Counted from the whole stretch's first letter, positions 12,567 through 24,410 are shown. The stretch: 63,903 nt of DNA, filler included, from Octopus bimaculoides (GCF_001194135.2; 6 parts of 6 records of this genome joined end to end with filler, not necessarily neighbours in it); one strand, 5' to 3'. Notes: generated by a model not told the origin, from the sequence alone. A program made the numbers and translations.

Positions 12567-13354
12567 GACATAAATATATATGTTTAAATATATTTTTTTA
12601 CACCAAAATTTGGCAAAAGAATATAGTATCTGTTAACAACCTTAGCAAAATAATCACATATACATAAATATATATATATATATTATATATGTGTGTGTGT
12701 ATATGCATACCTACATACGGATACATATATACATATAGACACACACACGCACGCACGCACGTACACACACGCACACACACACACACTCGCTCACATACAT
12801 GCGTGCATAAATGATATCTATAAGTATCAATGTTTATTTGTTTTTCTTGAGTTAACCGCGCCATTTCTCAGCGAATCTTTACTAAATTTCACCGAGAGAC
12901 CCCGATCCACCTCCAACGAGTCCCAGGAGTCAAGACAGTAGTGTTCAGTGGAAAATCCAAAACTACATTCTCCAATAAATCTTTTCTTATTTTTAAGACA
13001 GCAAGATGGCGTTATTTGAGTGATTTGGCTATTGTTTGTAACATGGCGAATGACCTCATAGAGACTTTTTTGATGCATAGCATGTCGTTACGGAAGAATA
13101 CATTCGGAGAGATTGATTGATAATGGCATTTGTAGGTTAACTGGTTTCGAAACAGCTTTCAATCTGTATGCGCATGATCTTTGCTCAAGTGAATAAAAGA
13201 ATAGAGATTCTAGAAAGTTTTAGATTTCACGTAGCAGTTTCATTTACTGTCTTCCATTGGTCAGTGTATGAGTGATATTAGCCAATGGTGTCGTCTTTTG
13301 ACGTTTAGTTTTTACTTGGTGCAGGATGTGTGGGCATACTACGAGAGAGAGAGA

Positions 13355-13413
<59 letters not shown>

Positions 13414-13771
13414 NNNNNNNNNNNNNNNNNNNNNNNNNNNNNNNNNNNNNNNNNNNNNNNNNNNNNNNNNNNNNNNNNNNNNNNNNNNNNNNNNNNNNNN
13501 NNNNNNNNNNNNNNNNNNNNNNNNNNNNNNNNNNNNNNNNNNNNNNNNNNNNNNNNNNNNNNNNNNNNNNNNNNNNNNNNNNNNNNNNNNNNNNNNNNNN
13601 NNNNNNNNNNNNNNNNNNNNNNNNNNNNNNNNNNNNNNNNNNNNNNNNNNNNNNNNNNNNNNNNNNNNNNNNNNNNNNNNNNNNNNNNNNNNNNNNNNNN
13701 NNNNNNNNNNNNNNNNNNNNNNNNNNNNNNNNNNNNNNNNNNNNNNNNNNNNNNNNNNNNNNNNNNNNNNN

Positions 13772-13809
<38 letters not shown>

Positions 13810-13811
<2 letters not shown>

Positions 13812-14090
13812 GTTAGAGCGTCGGGCTTACATACAATCGTGAGGTTGTGAGTTCGATTCGCGGACCGGGCTGTGTGTTGTGTTCTTGAGCAAGACACTTT
13901 ATTTCACGTTGCTCCAGTTCACTCGTCTGTAGAAATGTGTTGCAACGTCACTGGTGCCAAGCTGTATCGGCCCCTTTGCCTTTCCCTTGGACAACATCGG
14001 CGGCGTGGAGAGGGGAAACTGGTATATATGGGAGACTGCTGGTCTTCCACAAAATAACCTTGCTTGGCCTTGTGCTTCGGAGTGGTCAAT
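13810..14090 (+). mobile_element. tRNA-derived SINE (intron 1 of gene A)
   Basis: TGGTTAGAGCGTCGG..GAGTTCGATTC..TTCTTGAGCAAGACACTTTATTTCAC. Confidence 0.7.
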
Positions 14091-14984
14091 CCCATTGTCA
14101 TTCGTGACCGAAGGGGGTCTTTACATTTTTCTTGGTTTCAGTAATTAGATTGTGGCCATGCTTGAGGGTTTAGTCGAATAAATCAACCCCAGCACTTATT
14201 CTATCAGTTCCTTTTTTTTCTGAACAGCTCTGGTTGTTAGATCGTGGGACAAACACAAATACACATTCCACATACATAGATGTATACATATACATATACA
14301 CGATGGGCTTCTTTCAGTTTCCCTCTACCAAATTCACTCACAAGGCTTTGGTTGGCCCAGGGATATAGTAGAAACATATGTCCAAGATGCCACGCAGTGG
14401 GATTGAACCCGGATCGATGTGGCTGGAAAGAAAACTTTTAACCACACAGCCACGCAGAGCAGATGCCTTTGCACTGAACACCCGGCGGGAGTGCGGGGGA
14501 TCGATTTCTATTTTAAGACTTCGACCACGAAAGAAAACCTCAAAGAATAATGCAACGCTGTTTTCAAATTTCGGCACAGGATCAGCATTTGAATGGAGGG
14601 GTAAGTCGATTACGTAGACTTACGCACTGGGGTCAATGTAATCGACTTAATCCCTTTGCCTGTCCTTGTTTGTCCCTTCTATATTTAGCCCCTATGGACA
14701 ATAAAGAAATATATAACAGAAAAATGGAAGACAAATAATTACAAGTGGAAGGAATGCATTCATGTGAAAAAAGTACAATTTACATGGTGTAAGAAGGTTC
14801 TTGTCTGTATAACAGTTTCAAATTATCAATGAACAAGTATTTTTGAAATGTTTATTTTGTACACAAGAGTAAAACTAGGGCAATATTACTAATGAGCATA
14901 AAGCAAAGACAAAGGCAATTAGCATGTGTCTTTATAATTGAGTAGCTTCATGCAGAACATTCACGGTATTTTCTTTTCCCTGTA

Positions 14985-15725
14985 TAAGGCGGCGAGCTGG
15001 CAGAAACGTTAGCACGCCGGGCGAAATGCCTAGTGGTATTTCGTTTACCGTTACGTCCTGAGTTCAAATTCCACCGAGGTCGACTTTGCCTTTCATCCTT
15101 TCGGGCTCGATTAAATAAGTACCAGTTACGCACTGGGGTCGATATAATCGACTTAATCCGTTTGTCTGTCCTTGTTTGTCCCCTCTGTGTGTAGCCCCTT
15201 GTGGGTAGTAAAGAAATAAGAAACGTTAGCACGCCGGACGAAATGCTTAGTGGCATTTCGTCTGTCTTTATGTTCTGAGTATTCAAATCCTGCCGAGGTC
15301 GACTTCGCCTTTCATCCTTTCGGGGCCGATAAATTAAATACCAGATGCGTACTGGTGTCGATCTAATCGACTGGCCCCCTCCCCCGCCCCAAATTTCNNN
15401 NNNNNNNNNNNNNNNNNNNNNNNNNNNNNNNNNNNNNNNNNNNNNNNNNNNNNNNNNNNNNNNNNNNNNNNNNNNNNNNNNNNNNNNNNNNNGCAGAACA
15501 TTCACGGTATTTTCTTTTCCCTGTATAAGGCGGCGAGCTGGCAGAAACGTTAGCACGCCGGGCGAAATGCTTAGTGGTATTTCGTCTGTCTACGTTCTGA
15601 GTTCAAATTCCGCCGAGGTCGACTTCACCTTTCATCCTTTCGGGGTCGATGAATTAAGTATCAATTGCGTACTGGGGTCGATTTAATCGACTGCCCCCCA
15701 CCTCCCCAAAAATTGTGCCTAGAGT
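14985..15725 (+). mobile_element. Tandem cluster of three SINE family A copies just inside intron 1 of gene A
   Basis: Copies at about 14987-15160, 15220-15397 and 15528-15725, all in the same orientation. Confidence 0.85.
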
Positions 15726-15857
15726 AAAAAAGGATATTTTTCCCTCAAAAGACTAAACAACAGATCATATCTGTGCTCAAATATCTTAGTGAATTAAAAA
15801 AAAGAAAAAATCAGTATAAGAATAAATGAATAAAAGGTAAGAACTTGTGGCACTTAC

Positions 15858-15989
15858 ATTGCAAAGATCCTTGTCTGGTGACTGGAAAGTGATTAACGCA
15901 TTGGAAAATGATGCTGCACATAGCATGAAAAATGCGACATGCAGAAACTGATTCAAAATCAGAGGCGAAGTAGACGTTGGTTTAATCAT
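15858..15989 (-). CDS. Gene A exon 1: signal peptide and start of an LPMO-like domain
   Basis: Translates to MIKPTSTSPLILNQFLHVAFFMLCAASFSNA-LITFQSPDKDLCN (44 codons). It has a hydrophobic core and an S-N-A (-3/-1) cleavage pattern, and is followed directly by a GTAAGT donor at 15857 (phase 0) that matches the phase-0 acceptor at 10406. Confidence 0.75.
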
Positions 15990-16152
15990 AGCTTTGAGAT
16001 TTTAGTAAAGCTTTCTGTTATTATTATTACTATTATTTGTTTTTTTTTGTTTTTTGTTTTGTTAACTAGGAAGACACCCAAAGCTTTTCAAGACGACAAC
16101 TTTGGTGAGCGTCAGCTTCTCTTTGACGGCAGGTGTCTCTATCTAGCTGGAA

Positions 16153-16158
16153 TTTATA
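16153..16158 (-). promoter_or_regulatory. Candidate TATA box of gene A
   Basis: TATAAA on the - strand, about 165 nt upstream of the ATG at 15989. The intervening A-rich leader has no ATG. Positional evidence only. Confidence 0.3.
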
Positions 16159-16613
16159 CAACTTTCGAGTATGAGAAAAAAAAAAGACAAAAACAAACAA
16201 ACAAACAACAACAACAAACAAACAAGCAAAACAAGCAACTCCCCCCTCTCCCGAATAAAAACGAAATTATTAAAATGTCCAAAAATGAAACAGCACCAGA
16301 CCGTCAAAAAATGGTAAAACAAAAGACAAAAGGAAATACTGTTTAAGAGTATAATTGAATAAAATAAAACAAAAATAATGGAGTTTAGTAAAGTATTTAT
16401 GTTTAATGTTCTTCTGATAATTTATCTTTATGATTGTTTTATAACTTTTATTGATATAAAGTAATTAAAACACAAACCGAGCTTTTTAAAATAGAAGCGA
16501 GAGCATTTCTCCTTCGAAAACGATTGTGAGTGCCTTTTCAAGCATTCAAGTGTAAAACCGGCGTTCAGCTGTTCTTGTGATCCGTCATGTGATGGAAACT
16601 ACATTTCACTGTA

Positions 16614-16659
<46 letters not shown>

Positions 16660-16732
16660 GTGCGTGCGTTTGTAGACATATAGATATACACATATTTATG
16701 TATATATGTATATTTATGTCTACCTATAAATC

Positions 16733-16818
<86 letters not shown>

Positions 16819-16933
16819 CATTTGTCTATGTGTACACACACAGATATTGTAGCCCGTCATGTGATGCTCTTTCACAGATATATATATGTATATACATGTA
16901 CTAATATATACATAGGCAAACATACACCCATAT

Positions 16934-16964
<31 letters not shown>

Positions 16965-17087
16965 AATATATGTGTGTTTCTATCTATCTGCCTATCTATC
17001 TTGCTAGCTAGCCCTCTTTTATCTATATGTCTCTATCAGTTAGTGACACCAACTGGCAATACCAGCTTTTGTACAGAGCTGTGCCGT

Positions 17088-17088
<1 letters not shown>

Positions 17089-17182
<94 letters not shown>

Positions 17183-17236
17183 TAATAATAATAATAATAA
17201 TAATAATGATAATAATAATAATAATAATAATAACAA
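17089..17236. repeat. (AAT)n microsatellite between gene B and gene A
   Basis: About 150 bp of AAT with a few GAT interruptions. Confidence 0.95.
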
Positions 17237-17478
17237 TATCAATATTTTAATGCATCGCTACGCGCGTTTCCACAAATCACATGTTTCTTACAATCATAGT
17301 CCATAATCCTGGGATGGTTACAATACAATCCATAGTATGCATGGACACCGTGTTGATCATGTTCCTGCGTTCATATCCTCAGGTTCGGAGCGATGCATTA
17401 AAATATTTATAAATCCCATGGATTATCATTATTATCAATATTATTATCATTATTATTATTATTAGTAGTAGTATTCTA

Positions 17479-17581
<103 letters not shown>

Positions 17582-17634
17582 ATTAGATATTCCACAGTAA
17601 AAATTGTAAGTTGCGGGCATGTTTATCGCCCAAT

Positions 17635-17640
17635 TTTATT
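17635..17640 (-). terminator. Candidate polyadenylation signal (AATAAA) of gene B
   Basis: TTTATT on the + strand, about 375 nt downstream of the stop at 18013. Confidence 0.4.
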
Positions 17641-18012
17641 TCATTAGCCTGAATGTTGAATAGATTTTCCAATTGCTTATTGAAATTGTGCCTTTGAATG
17701 CAGTCTAATGGTTGCAAAAATAAAAAGAAAAAAAATGAAAAGAACTTTGTAGAATTCATTCAGTACATAAGGACGAGTTACTTGCATAGAAATAAAGTTA
17801 ACAAGGAAGTGTTCGTTTAATCTGAATGTTAGCAGTGAGGCTTGTTTTCTTGGCTTTATATTTAATTAGATTAGATTCCTAAAATGCTGACCTTAGGAAA
17901 GCGGTCGCTATATAACCGAACAAAATACTAATCACCCCACAAAGTCCAGGTGTTATTAAATCTGGGGTTGTACTCTGTTGTGATCGTCAGAGTAAACCCG
18001 GTCAAAGCGAAT

Positions 18013-20110
18013 TTAACTTCGTGGTGGCGTATAATATTGAGACAACACTTGGAAATGATGTCTTGACGTGCGGGTTACTTTTGAAGAGTCAAGACTTTGA
18101 GAGCCACGCGTTCGTAGAGGGTAACGAGGCAAAGTTCGCTTTTGTGAGATGCGGTTTCGTGAACGGCGACGGGGTGATAGGTAACCTAGTCGAGTGTTGC
18201 GACGAGAGGCGTTGCGACGCGGAGGGAAACGACGGTTGAAGTGAATTCGACTGTAACTACGACGGTGAGGACGTTTCCGCAAAGCTGGAGAACGACGAAA
18301 TTTTCTCACCCCGCGGAGACATTGACAACGTCTAAGAGGTCGCGATATGCAATGACAAGGGGGTCGACGCTGACGATGCATACGGCGACAGCGGCGACGG
18401 CGACGACTCTTACTACGAAACTTACAACGGCAACGTCTGACGTATTTCGAATTCACCCTCCACAACTTAACTTTGGAATATAAAGGAACAGCAGCGGTAC
18501 TGCTGACAAACATTGCAGTTGTTGCATTGGAAGATGTTGCAAATGGAGTGGTTGTTGATGTTGTTGGTGTTGCTGTTGTTGTGGGTGTTGTTGTTGGTGT
18601 GCTAGTTGGTGTGGTTGTTGGTGTTGTGGTTGGTGTTGTGGTTGGTGTTGTGGTTGGTGTGCCAGTTGGTGTGGTTGTTGGTGTTGTGGTTGGTGTTGTG
18701 GTTGGTGTNNNNNNNNNNNNNNNNNNNNNNNNNNNNNNNNNNNNNNNNNNNNNNNNNNNNNNNNNNNNNNNNNNNNNNNNNNNNNNNNNNNNNNNNNNNN
18801 NNNNNNNNNNNNNNNNNNNNNNNNNNNNNNNNNNNNNNNNNNNNNNNNNNNNNNNNNNNNNNNNNNNNNNNNNNNNNNNNNNNNNNNNNNNNNNNNNNNN
18901 NNNNNNNNNNNNNNNNNNNNNNNNNNNNNNNNNNNNNNNNNNNNNNNNNNNNNNNNNNNNNNNNNNNNNNNNNNNNNNNNNNNNNNNNNNNNNNNNNNNN
19001 NNNNNNNNNNNNNNNNNNNNNNNNNNNNNNNNNNNNNNNNNNNNNNNNNNNNNNNNNNNNNNNNNNNNNNNNNNNNNNNNNNNNNTAGTTGGTGTGGTTG
19101 TTGGTGTTGTGGTTGGTGTTGTGGTTGGTGTTGTGGTTGGTGTTGCTGTTGGTGCTGTTGTTGGTGTTGTTGCTGGCATGGTAGTTGCTGTTGTTGGTGG
19201 TATGGTTGTTGGTGTAGTTATCGGTGTTGCAGTGGATGTAGTTTGTTCTGTAGATGGCGTGGCAGGCGTAGTTACCGCTGGAGTGGTTAAGAACGGCGAA
19301 GACGTTTCCAAAAAGGTTGTTTCATCACTAGGTGTGGGTAACTCAGACGAAAATGTGGTCAAAGGCGCGTCTGATGTCGTCAGAGGAGTAGTGACATCGG
19401 ACGTCAAATCAGAGGACACGGGTTCACTTTCAGACGGCTTTGAAGGCTCTGTAGCCAAACTAGGTACGTTTGTATAGCAGTATATAGCAACACCATCTGA
19501 CAGATTCAATATCGTGAAATAAGGTAATTTAGTAAAGGCTTTGAAAGGAGGTGGAAGGGGAGGCAAAACAAGATTTGTAGGGGCTCCTGATGCTATTGCT
19601 GCAGAGGTACTGTTTGCATCAGAGGTACTGTTTGTTAATGCGGTTGTCGTTGTTGGTGTGGTTGTTGGGGTTGTGGTTGGTGTTGTGGTTGGTGTGGTTG
19701 TTGGTGTTGTCGCTCCTGTGGTTGTAGGTGTTGATATTGGCGTTGCTGGTGATGTTGCTGGTGTTGTTGTAGCTGGTGATGTTGCCGAGGTAACTGTTGA
19801 GATTATAGTTGGCGTTGAAGGGGACGTGGTGGGAGTTGTAGATGGTGTGGTTGTACTAATGAGAGAAGAAATAGTGGAGGCGAAAACGGAAGTAGACAAA
19901 TGGGTAGTTCCGCTCGAAGGTAGCAGAGACGTTGGAATCGAGAAAACGGAAGAAGCAGCAGACGTAGGAACAAGAGAGGCCAGAGTATATGTGGTGCAAT
20001 AAAGAGTAGATAACGATGAAGAGGCGGTTGATGTTGGTGTTGTGGTTGGTGTTGTGGTGGGTGTTGTGGTGGGTGTTGTGGTTGGTGTTGTGGTTGGTGT
20101 TGTGGTTGGN
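18013..20110 (-). CDS. Gene B terminal exon (5'-partial): Thr/Pro-rich mucin-like protein with an Arg/Cys-rich C-terminal tail
   Basis: Open frame from the gap at 20110 to TAA at 18015-18013, crossing one internal gap (18709-19085). It has (TTTP)n arrays, Ser/Thr-rich spacers, and a basic tail (RRCRCKFRSKSRRRRRCRR...) in frame with TPTT repeats on the same contig. Possible acceptor CTCTTTATTAG before 20224. Confidence 0.8.
18575..19215 (-). repeat. Coding 12-bp minisatellite (unit GTTGGTGTTGTG on +, encoding TTTP)
   Basis: Tandem 12-mers flank the gap at 18709-19085. Further arrays lie at about 19650-19715 and 20030-20110. Confidence 0.9.
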
Positions 20111-20709
20111 NNNNNNNNNNNNNNNNNNNNNNNNNNNNNNNNNNNNNNNNNNNNNNNNNNNNNNNNNNNNNNNNNNNNNNNNNNNNNNNNNNNNNNNNNN
20201 NNNNNNNNNTTGAGCCCTGTGTGGCTAATAAAGAGACCTATCTATCTATCTATCTATCTGTCTAATTCCATCAACAGACCTCTAAATAAATGGATACATA
20301 CATGCTTAAATACAAACTTCATGTGCACATGTAAACGTAAACTCAACGATGCAGTTGAGTTTTGAGCTGTTCAAAAACGTTATCACTTCAATTGACTATA
20401 TTTTAGAGTCGTCATTCTATTTCAAGCTATATAGAGACGATAGCATCTCTCTAATATTAATTTATTTGAAAACTAAACCAATTCTATCTGTTTATGTGTA
20501 ATGATGTTACTGGGTTGGCCAAAGAGTTTCCTTATTTACTTTTTCTTTGTGCATGCGTATCCTTCAGATACCTGACACAGTAACGAAGTTCGACGCGAAC
20601 CCGTGACAAGAGGGTTTGTGTCATGCGTGCTTGAGATCACGTTAAAAATGAAGGACCAGAACGAACAATATTGACATGTCATGTTTTTTCATTTAAATGA
20701 TGCGTGTAA

Positions 20710-20985
20710 TATGTATGTATGTACGTATGTATGTATGTATGTATGTATATACCTGTGTGTGTATATATGTATGTATGCATGTATGTACGTACGTACGTAC
20801 GTATGTATGTATGTATGTATGTATACATGTATATACCTGTGTTTGTGTGTGTATGAATGTATGTACGTATGTATGTATGTACGTATGTATGTATGTATGT
20901 ATGTATGTATGTATGTATCTATGTATAAATGTATATATGTATATACCTCTGTGTGTGTGTATGTATGTATGTATGTATGTATGTA
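20710..20985. repeat. (GTAT)n compound microsatellite
   Basis: Tandem GTAT/GTAC tetramers upstream of the gene B terminal exon. Confidence 0.9.
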
Positions 20986-21139
20986 AAAGGTATACTAATT
21001 TCATTTCTGTCAGATAGAATTGATGGGCTCCCTTCTTGTGTAGTAAAGAGACTGTGCATTTAGGGATATATTGACATAGGACTAATATCGTTCCTCTTTC
21101 AGCTCTGTATCCTGAACGCTGCTCTAATTTGTTTTGACC

Positions 21140-21313
21140 ATGGCTACCAGAGGATGCAACAATTCACCAGAATATTTCTATTATGTGTGCGGATACTATG
21201 TTGGAACAAAGAATGTATCACATAAAATCGTGAAGGGTGTTAAATACTAGATCAGTTACAGACGCTACTACAGAATGAATTTGGGTGACCAGGATAAGCC
21301 TTAGGCCCCACCA
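21140..21313 (+). mobile_element. Decayed N-terminal fragment of a DNA transposase
   Basis: MATRGCNNSPEYFYYVCGYY..Y*ISYRRYY..GDQDKP*AP resembles the M-x-x-RGC..FCYVCG..GDQDKPWAPH start of a widespread animal transposon ORF. It contains two stops; superfamily not assigned. Confidence 0.6.
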
Positions 21314-21869
21314 AATATGTGGAAGTTGTTGATCAAATTTTGAAAGATGTTTTAGAGGTGCAAGAAGAACCATTCACCCGGACTACCGAGAAAATGTAGC
21401 TGTATGTTGGAGCGATCCAATCACGAAAAACGGGACCGAAACCGGCCGCCTTGAGAAGGGCCACCAAGTATTGATGGTCGACTCTATCAAAAGCTTAGAT
21501 AAATTTTGCTTCTGTTTATAAAGAAAAACAGTGATTATCAAACCACTGGTGTCGCAAGTAGCCAGTGGGCTTCTACTGATGTCGTGCAAAGAGACCAGAC
21601 ACCGATACCAAACCAAAAACGAAGAAAAAATATCGAGAACGAGAAAAAGCCGAGACGAAACCAGGAAGTGTGTAAGAGAGAAAAGACCAGGATCAGACCA
21701 AGAATGGACTGGAACTAAAAAAAGGCCAAAACCGAAACAAAATCCAGAAAAGACGGATATATACATGTGTGTGTCTGTATAAGTATATATATGTGTGTGT
21801 GTATATGTATGTGTGTGTGTTTATTAAAATTCCCTATATCCTAACTATAATAACATTGGTTTCAAGCTT

Positions 21870-22070
21870 TTGGACAAGGCCAGAAATTTAGGGGAGGAGA
21901 TAAATAGATTACATCGACCCCAGTGCTCCACTGGTACTTATTCTATCGACTAGGAAGGAGAGAGAAGAAAGGTAAAGTCGATCTCGGTAGAATTTGAACT
22001 CAGAACGTAAAGACGGACGAAATGCCGCTAAGCATTTTACCCGGCATGTCAAAGATTCTGCCAGCTCACC
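21870..22070 (-). mobile_element. SINE family A copy
   Basis: GGTAAAGTCGATCTCGGTAGAATTTGAACTCAGAACGTAAAGACGGACGAAATGCCGCTAAGC. Confidence 0.8.
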
Positions 22071-22961
22071 ATTTTCCTAACTATTACAATATTACCATGC
22101 AAATACTGAAAACTAAATTTGATACTATTTGCTAAGCCCCCAATCACTTCTTTCTTTTGGAAGGTAAGTTCTCACTGCGGAGAATTGAGTGTCCTGGCTT
22201 CAAGGACAGAAATGTAAATATATGCCCTGCATAATTACCTTCCAAATGAGAGTCTGATGAAGGAATGGAAGTGTTCAAGAGGTTAGCGCATGACATTAAA
22301 TTTCGTTTTAATTATTTATACTTTCATATTATTATAGAAAAAAGGTTGGGCGGTTGTTCTCGTCTTTATAACATGTTTCTAGTGAGTAATAAGGAGTAAA
22401 CGAAGGTGTGACGTTGAGGTTTATTTGCGAAGTTAATAATAAAGCGTTGGCAGCTTTCTTGCAATTTTTCCTGCATTATCATTGTTACACACCTTTTGTT
22501 AATCCTGCATGACGTATAATCTGGTGCGTATCAGAGAAGAGTGGATGAAGAAATATAAGGAAGTGAGGCGAGAGAAAGGCTGAAGTGAGAACAGGGAAAG
22601 GAAAGAGTCCATGATTTCGTTTGAACCCCCAAATTTGTGAACTTACAAGTTTTTCATTTAAACTAAATTTAAAGTAATACCATATTTGTAGGATACCAAT
22701 AAGTGCTTCGTTATTATTGCTTTCTTTTGTTTTGGGCCGCAGACCCAATTATCCCTCTGCAGCAGCTAGTTCAAAAGACCAATATAAGTGAGTAGCAGTA
22801 GAGGTACAGCTGTCAATCCATTACGGCCGTTTCTAAAGACTCCTTTAATTGATTAATAAAANNNNNNNNNNNNNNNNNNNNNNNNNNNNNNNNNNNNNNN
22901 NNNNNTTAATTAATTAANNNNNNNNNNNNNNNNNNNNNNNNNNNNNNNNNNNNNNNNNNNN

Positions 22962-23004
<43 letters not shown>

Positions 23005-24249
23005 TGTATAAACTTGTATCTGTGCTTGTGAGTTTGTGTTTACTTATAAGTGCATGCAAGCACAAGCAGTGTGAATGACTTCCCCGTCTTAATTAGTTAC
23101 AAGTAACCGTTACTATATATGTGGTGGTGCTGGTGGTGCTGGTGGTGTTGGTGGTTTTAGTGGTATAATCGGATTCATGCAAGGAACATTTAAATGGAAA
23201 TAGAATATATTACATTCTACTTTATTTCCTACCCTTTAGCATCTATGTATAAATCAATTCAATGTATTTCATGAAATGCACGTTTTCGCCGTGAGTGTAA
23301 ACGTAAATTGTAACAACCTAACTTAAATGCTGACTCTGCATCGAATTTATAATCTTACTGTTACCAAATACTATCTGACAGTTATAAACCAAAACCTAGC
23401 AAATTAACAAGAAATATTATATTTCGATGCATATTTCTGTTTTTCAATTTATAAAATGATATTATTAAGACCTAGATTTCTTTTGGTTAAATTTACATTA
23501 TTAAAATGTTTTACACCTACCTTCCACAATTACCAACAGTTTACTTTGTTTTGAATTATTCGTTTACTCACTGTCCAAGTTCTGTGATATCCTGACGGAA
23601 ATAGATATACTTATTATATCAGAAACGTGCGATATTACTTCTAATTATTAATATGTAAATAAGTGAAAGTGAAACAAACAAGGCACTGAAATAGAAGAAG
23701 CATAGAAAAGTTTCATACAATTCAACTAGCTTGAAAAATGAACACGAAACAAGTAACGAAATGTGCAACTTAAATATCTTTCTACTATGGTTCATAGAGA
23801 TTTCTTCTTAAGCATGGAGTTCAAGAAATTTACACATGTGAACGATACATTTCCATTTCTGCGTCTCACCTTTTTTATTTACCATAAACGTCTCATAAAT
23901 TCTCGCCACTTACACCAAACGTCTCCCTTAATATTTGAAATAAAAGTAATTCGTAGCTATTACTACTTCTAAGACGACCCACGATTCTTGTGTTAAATAA
24001 CGGAAAGTGTGAGCATGCGAGACAGACTTGATTTCTGGCTGGCAGGAGTATGATCTGGTCTGCCTAATATATCACTAGATAAATATTACTTCTGCCACAT
24101 GATGTCACTTAAGTACATATTGGTTGGTCTCCGTGTTCAACAACAGGATTCTTCATAGTCCTCTGATCGGCAACCAAATCTCCATCAAATTATCATTATG
24201 TCTTAAATAAAGTATATATTGGTTTCAGACATTAGCACAATGCCTGAAA

Positions 24250-24410
24250 TATCGTCCCCAGTTTTCTACTGGTACTTATTTTATTGACCCCGCAATGATG
24301 AAAGGCAAAGTGGACCTCAGCGAAATATGAATTTAGAACGCACAGTCGGACGAAATGCCGCTAAGCATTTCGTCTGGTGCGCTAACGAGTCAGCCAGCTC
24401 CCCGCCTTAA
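24250..24410 (-). mobile_element. SINE family A copy
   Basis: GATGAAAGGCAAAGTGGACCTCAGCG..GACGAAATGCCGCTAAGCATTTCG. Confidence 0.75.

Noticed and set aside
18408-18425. Donor-like GTAAGT/GTAAGA inside the Arg-rich tail that might splice gene B into gene A
   Set aside because: The GTAAGT site joined to the phase-1 acceptor at 9427 creates TAG. The GTAAGA site is in frame but has weak exonic context and would skip two exons. No sequence support.
18473-20002. Plus-strand Val/Gly-rich ORFs (VVGVVVG)
   Set aside because: These are antisense shadows of the TTTP-coding repeat. The minus-strand frame has coherent mucin composition, a stop and a polyA signal.
20570-20682. Minus-strand MTCQYCSFWSF.. 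peptide as a possible upstream exon of gene B
   Set aside because: There is an in-frame stop just upstream, no acceptor and a weak GTATCT donor. The sequence resembles mariner subterminal DNA.
22906-22917. TTAATTAATTAA embedded in N runs (also at 40081, 55563, 59302 and 62344)
   Set aside because: An identical 12-mer centred in ~100-bp gaps, with stops in all six frames, is a scaffolding spacer and not biological sequence.
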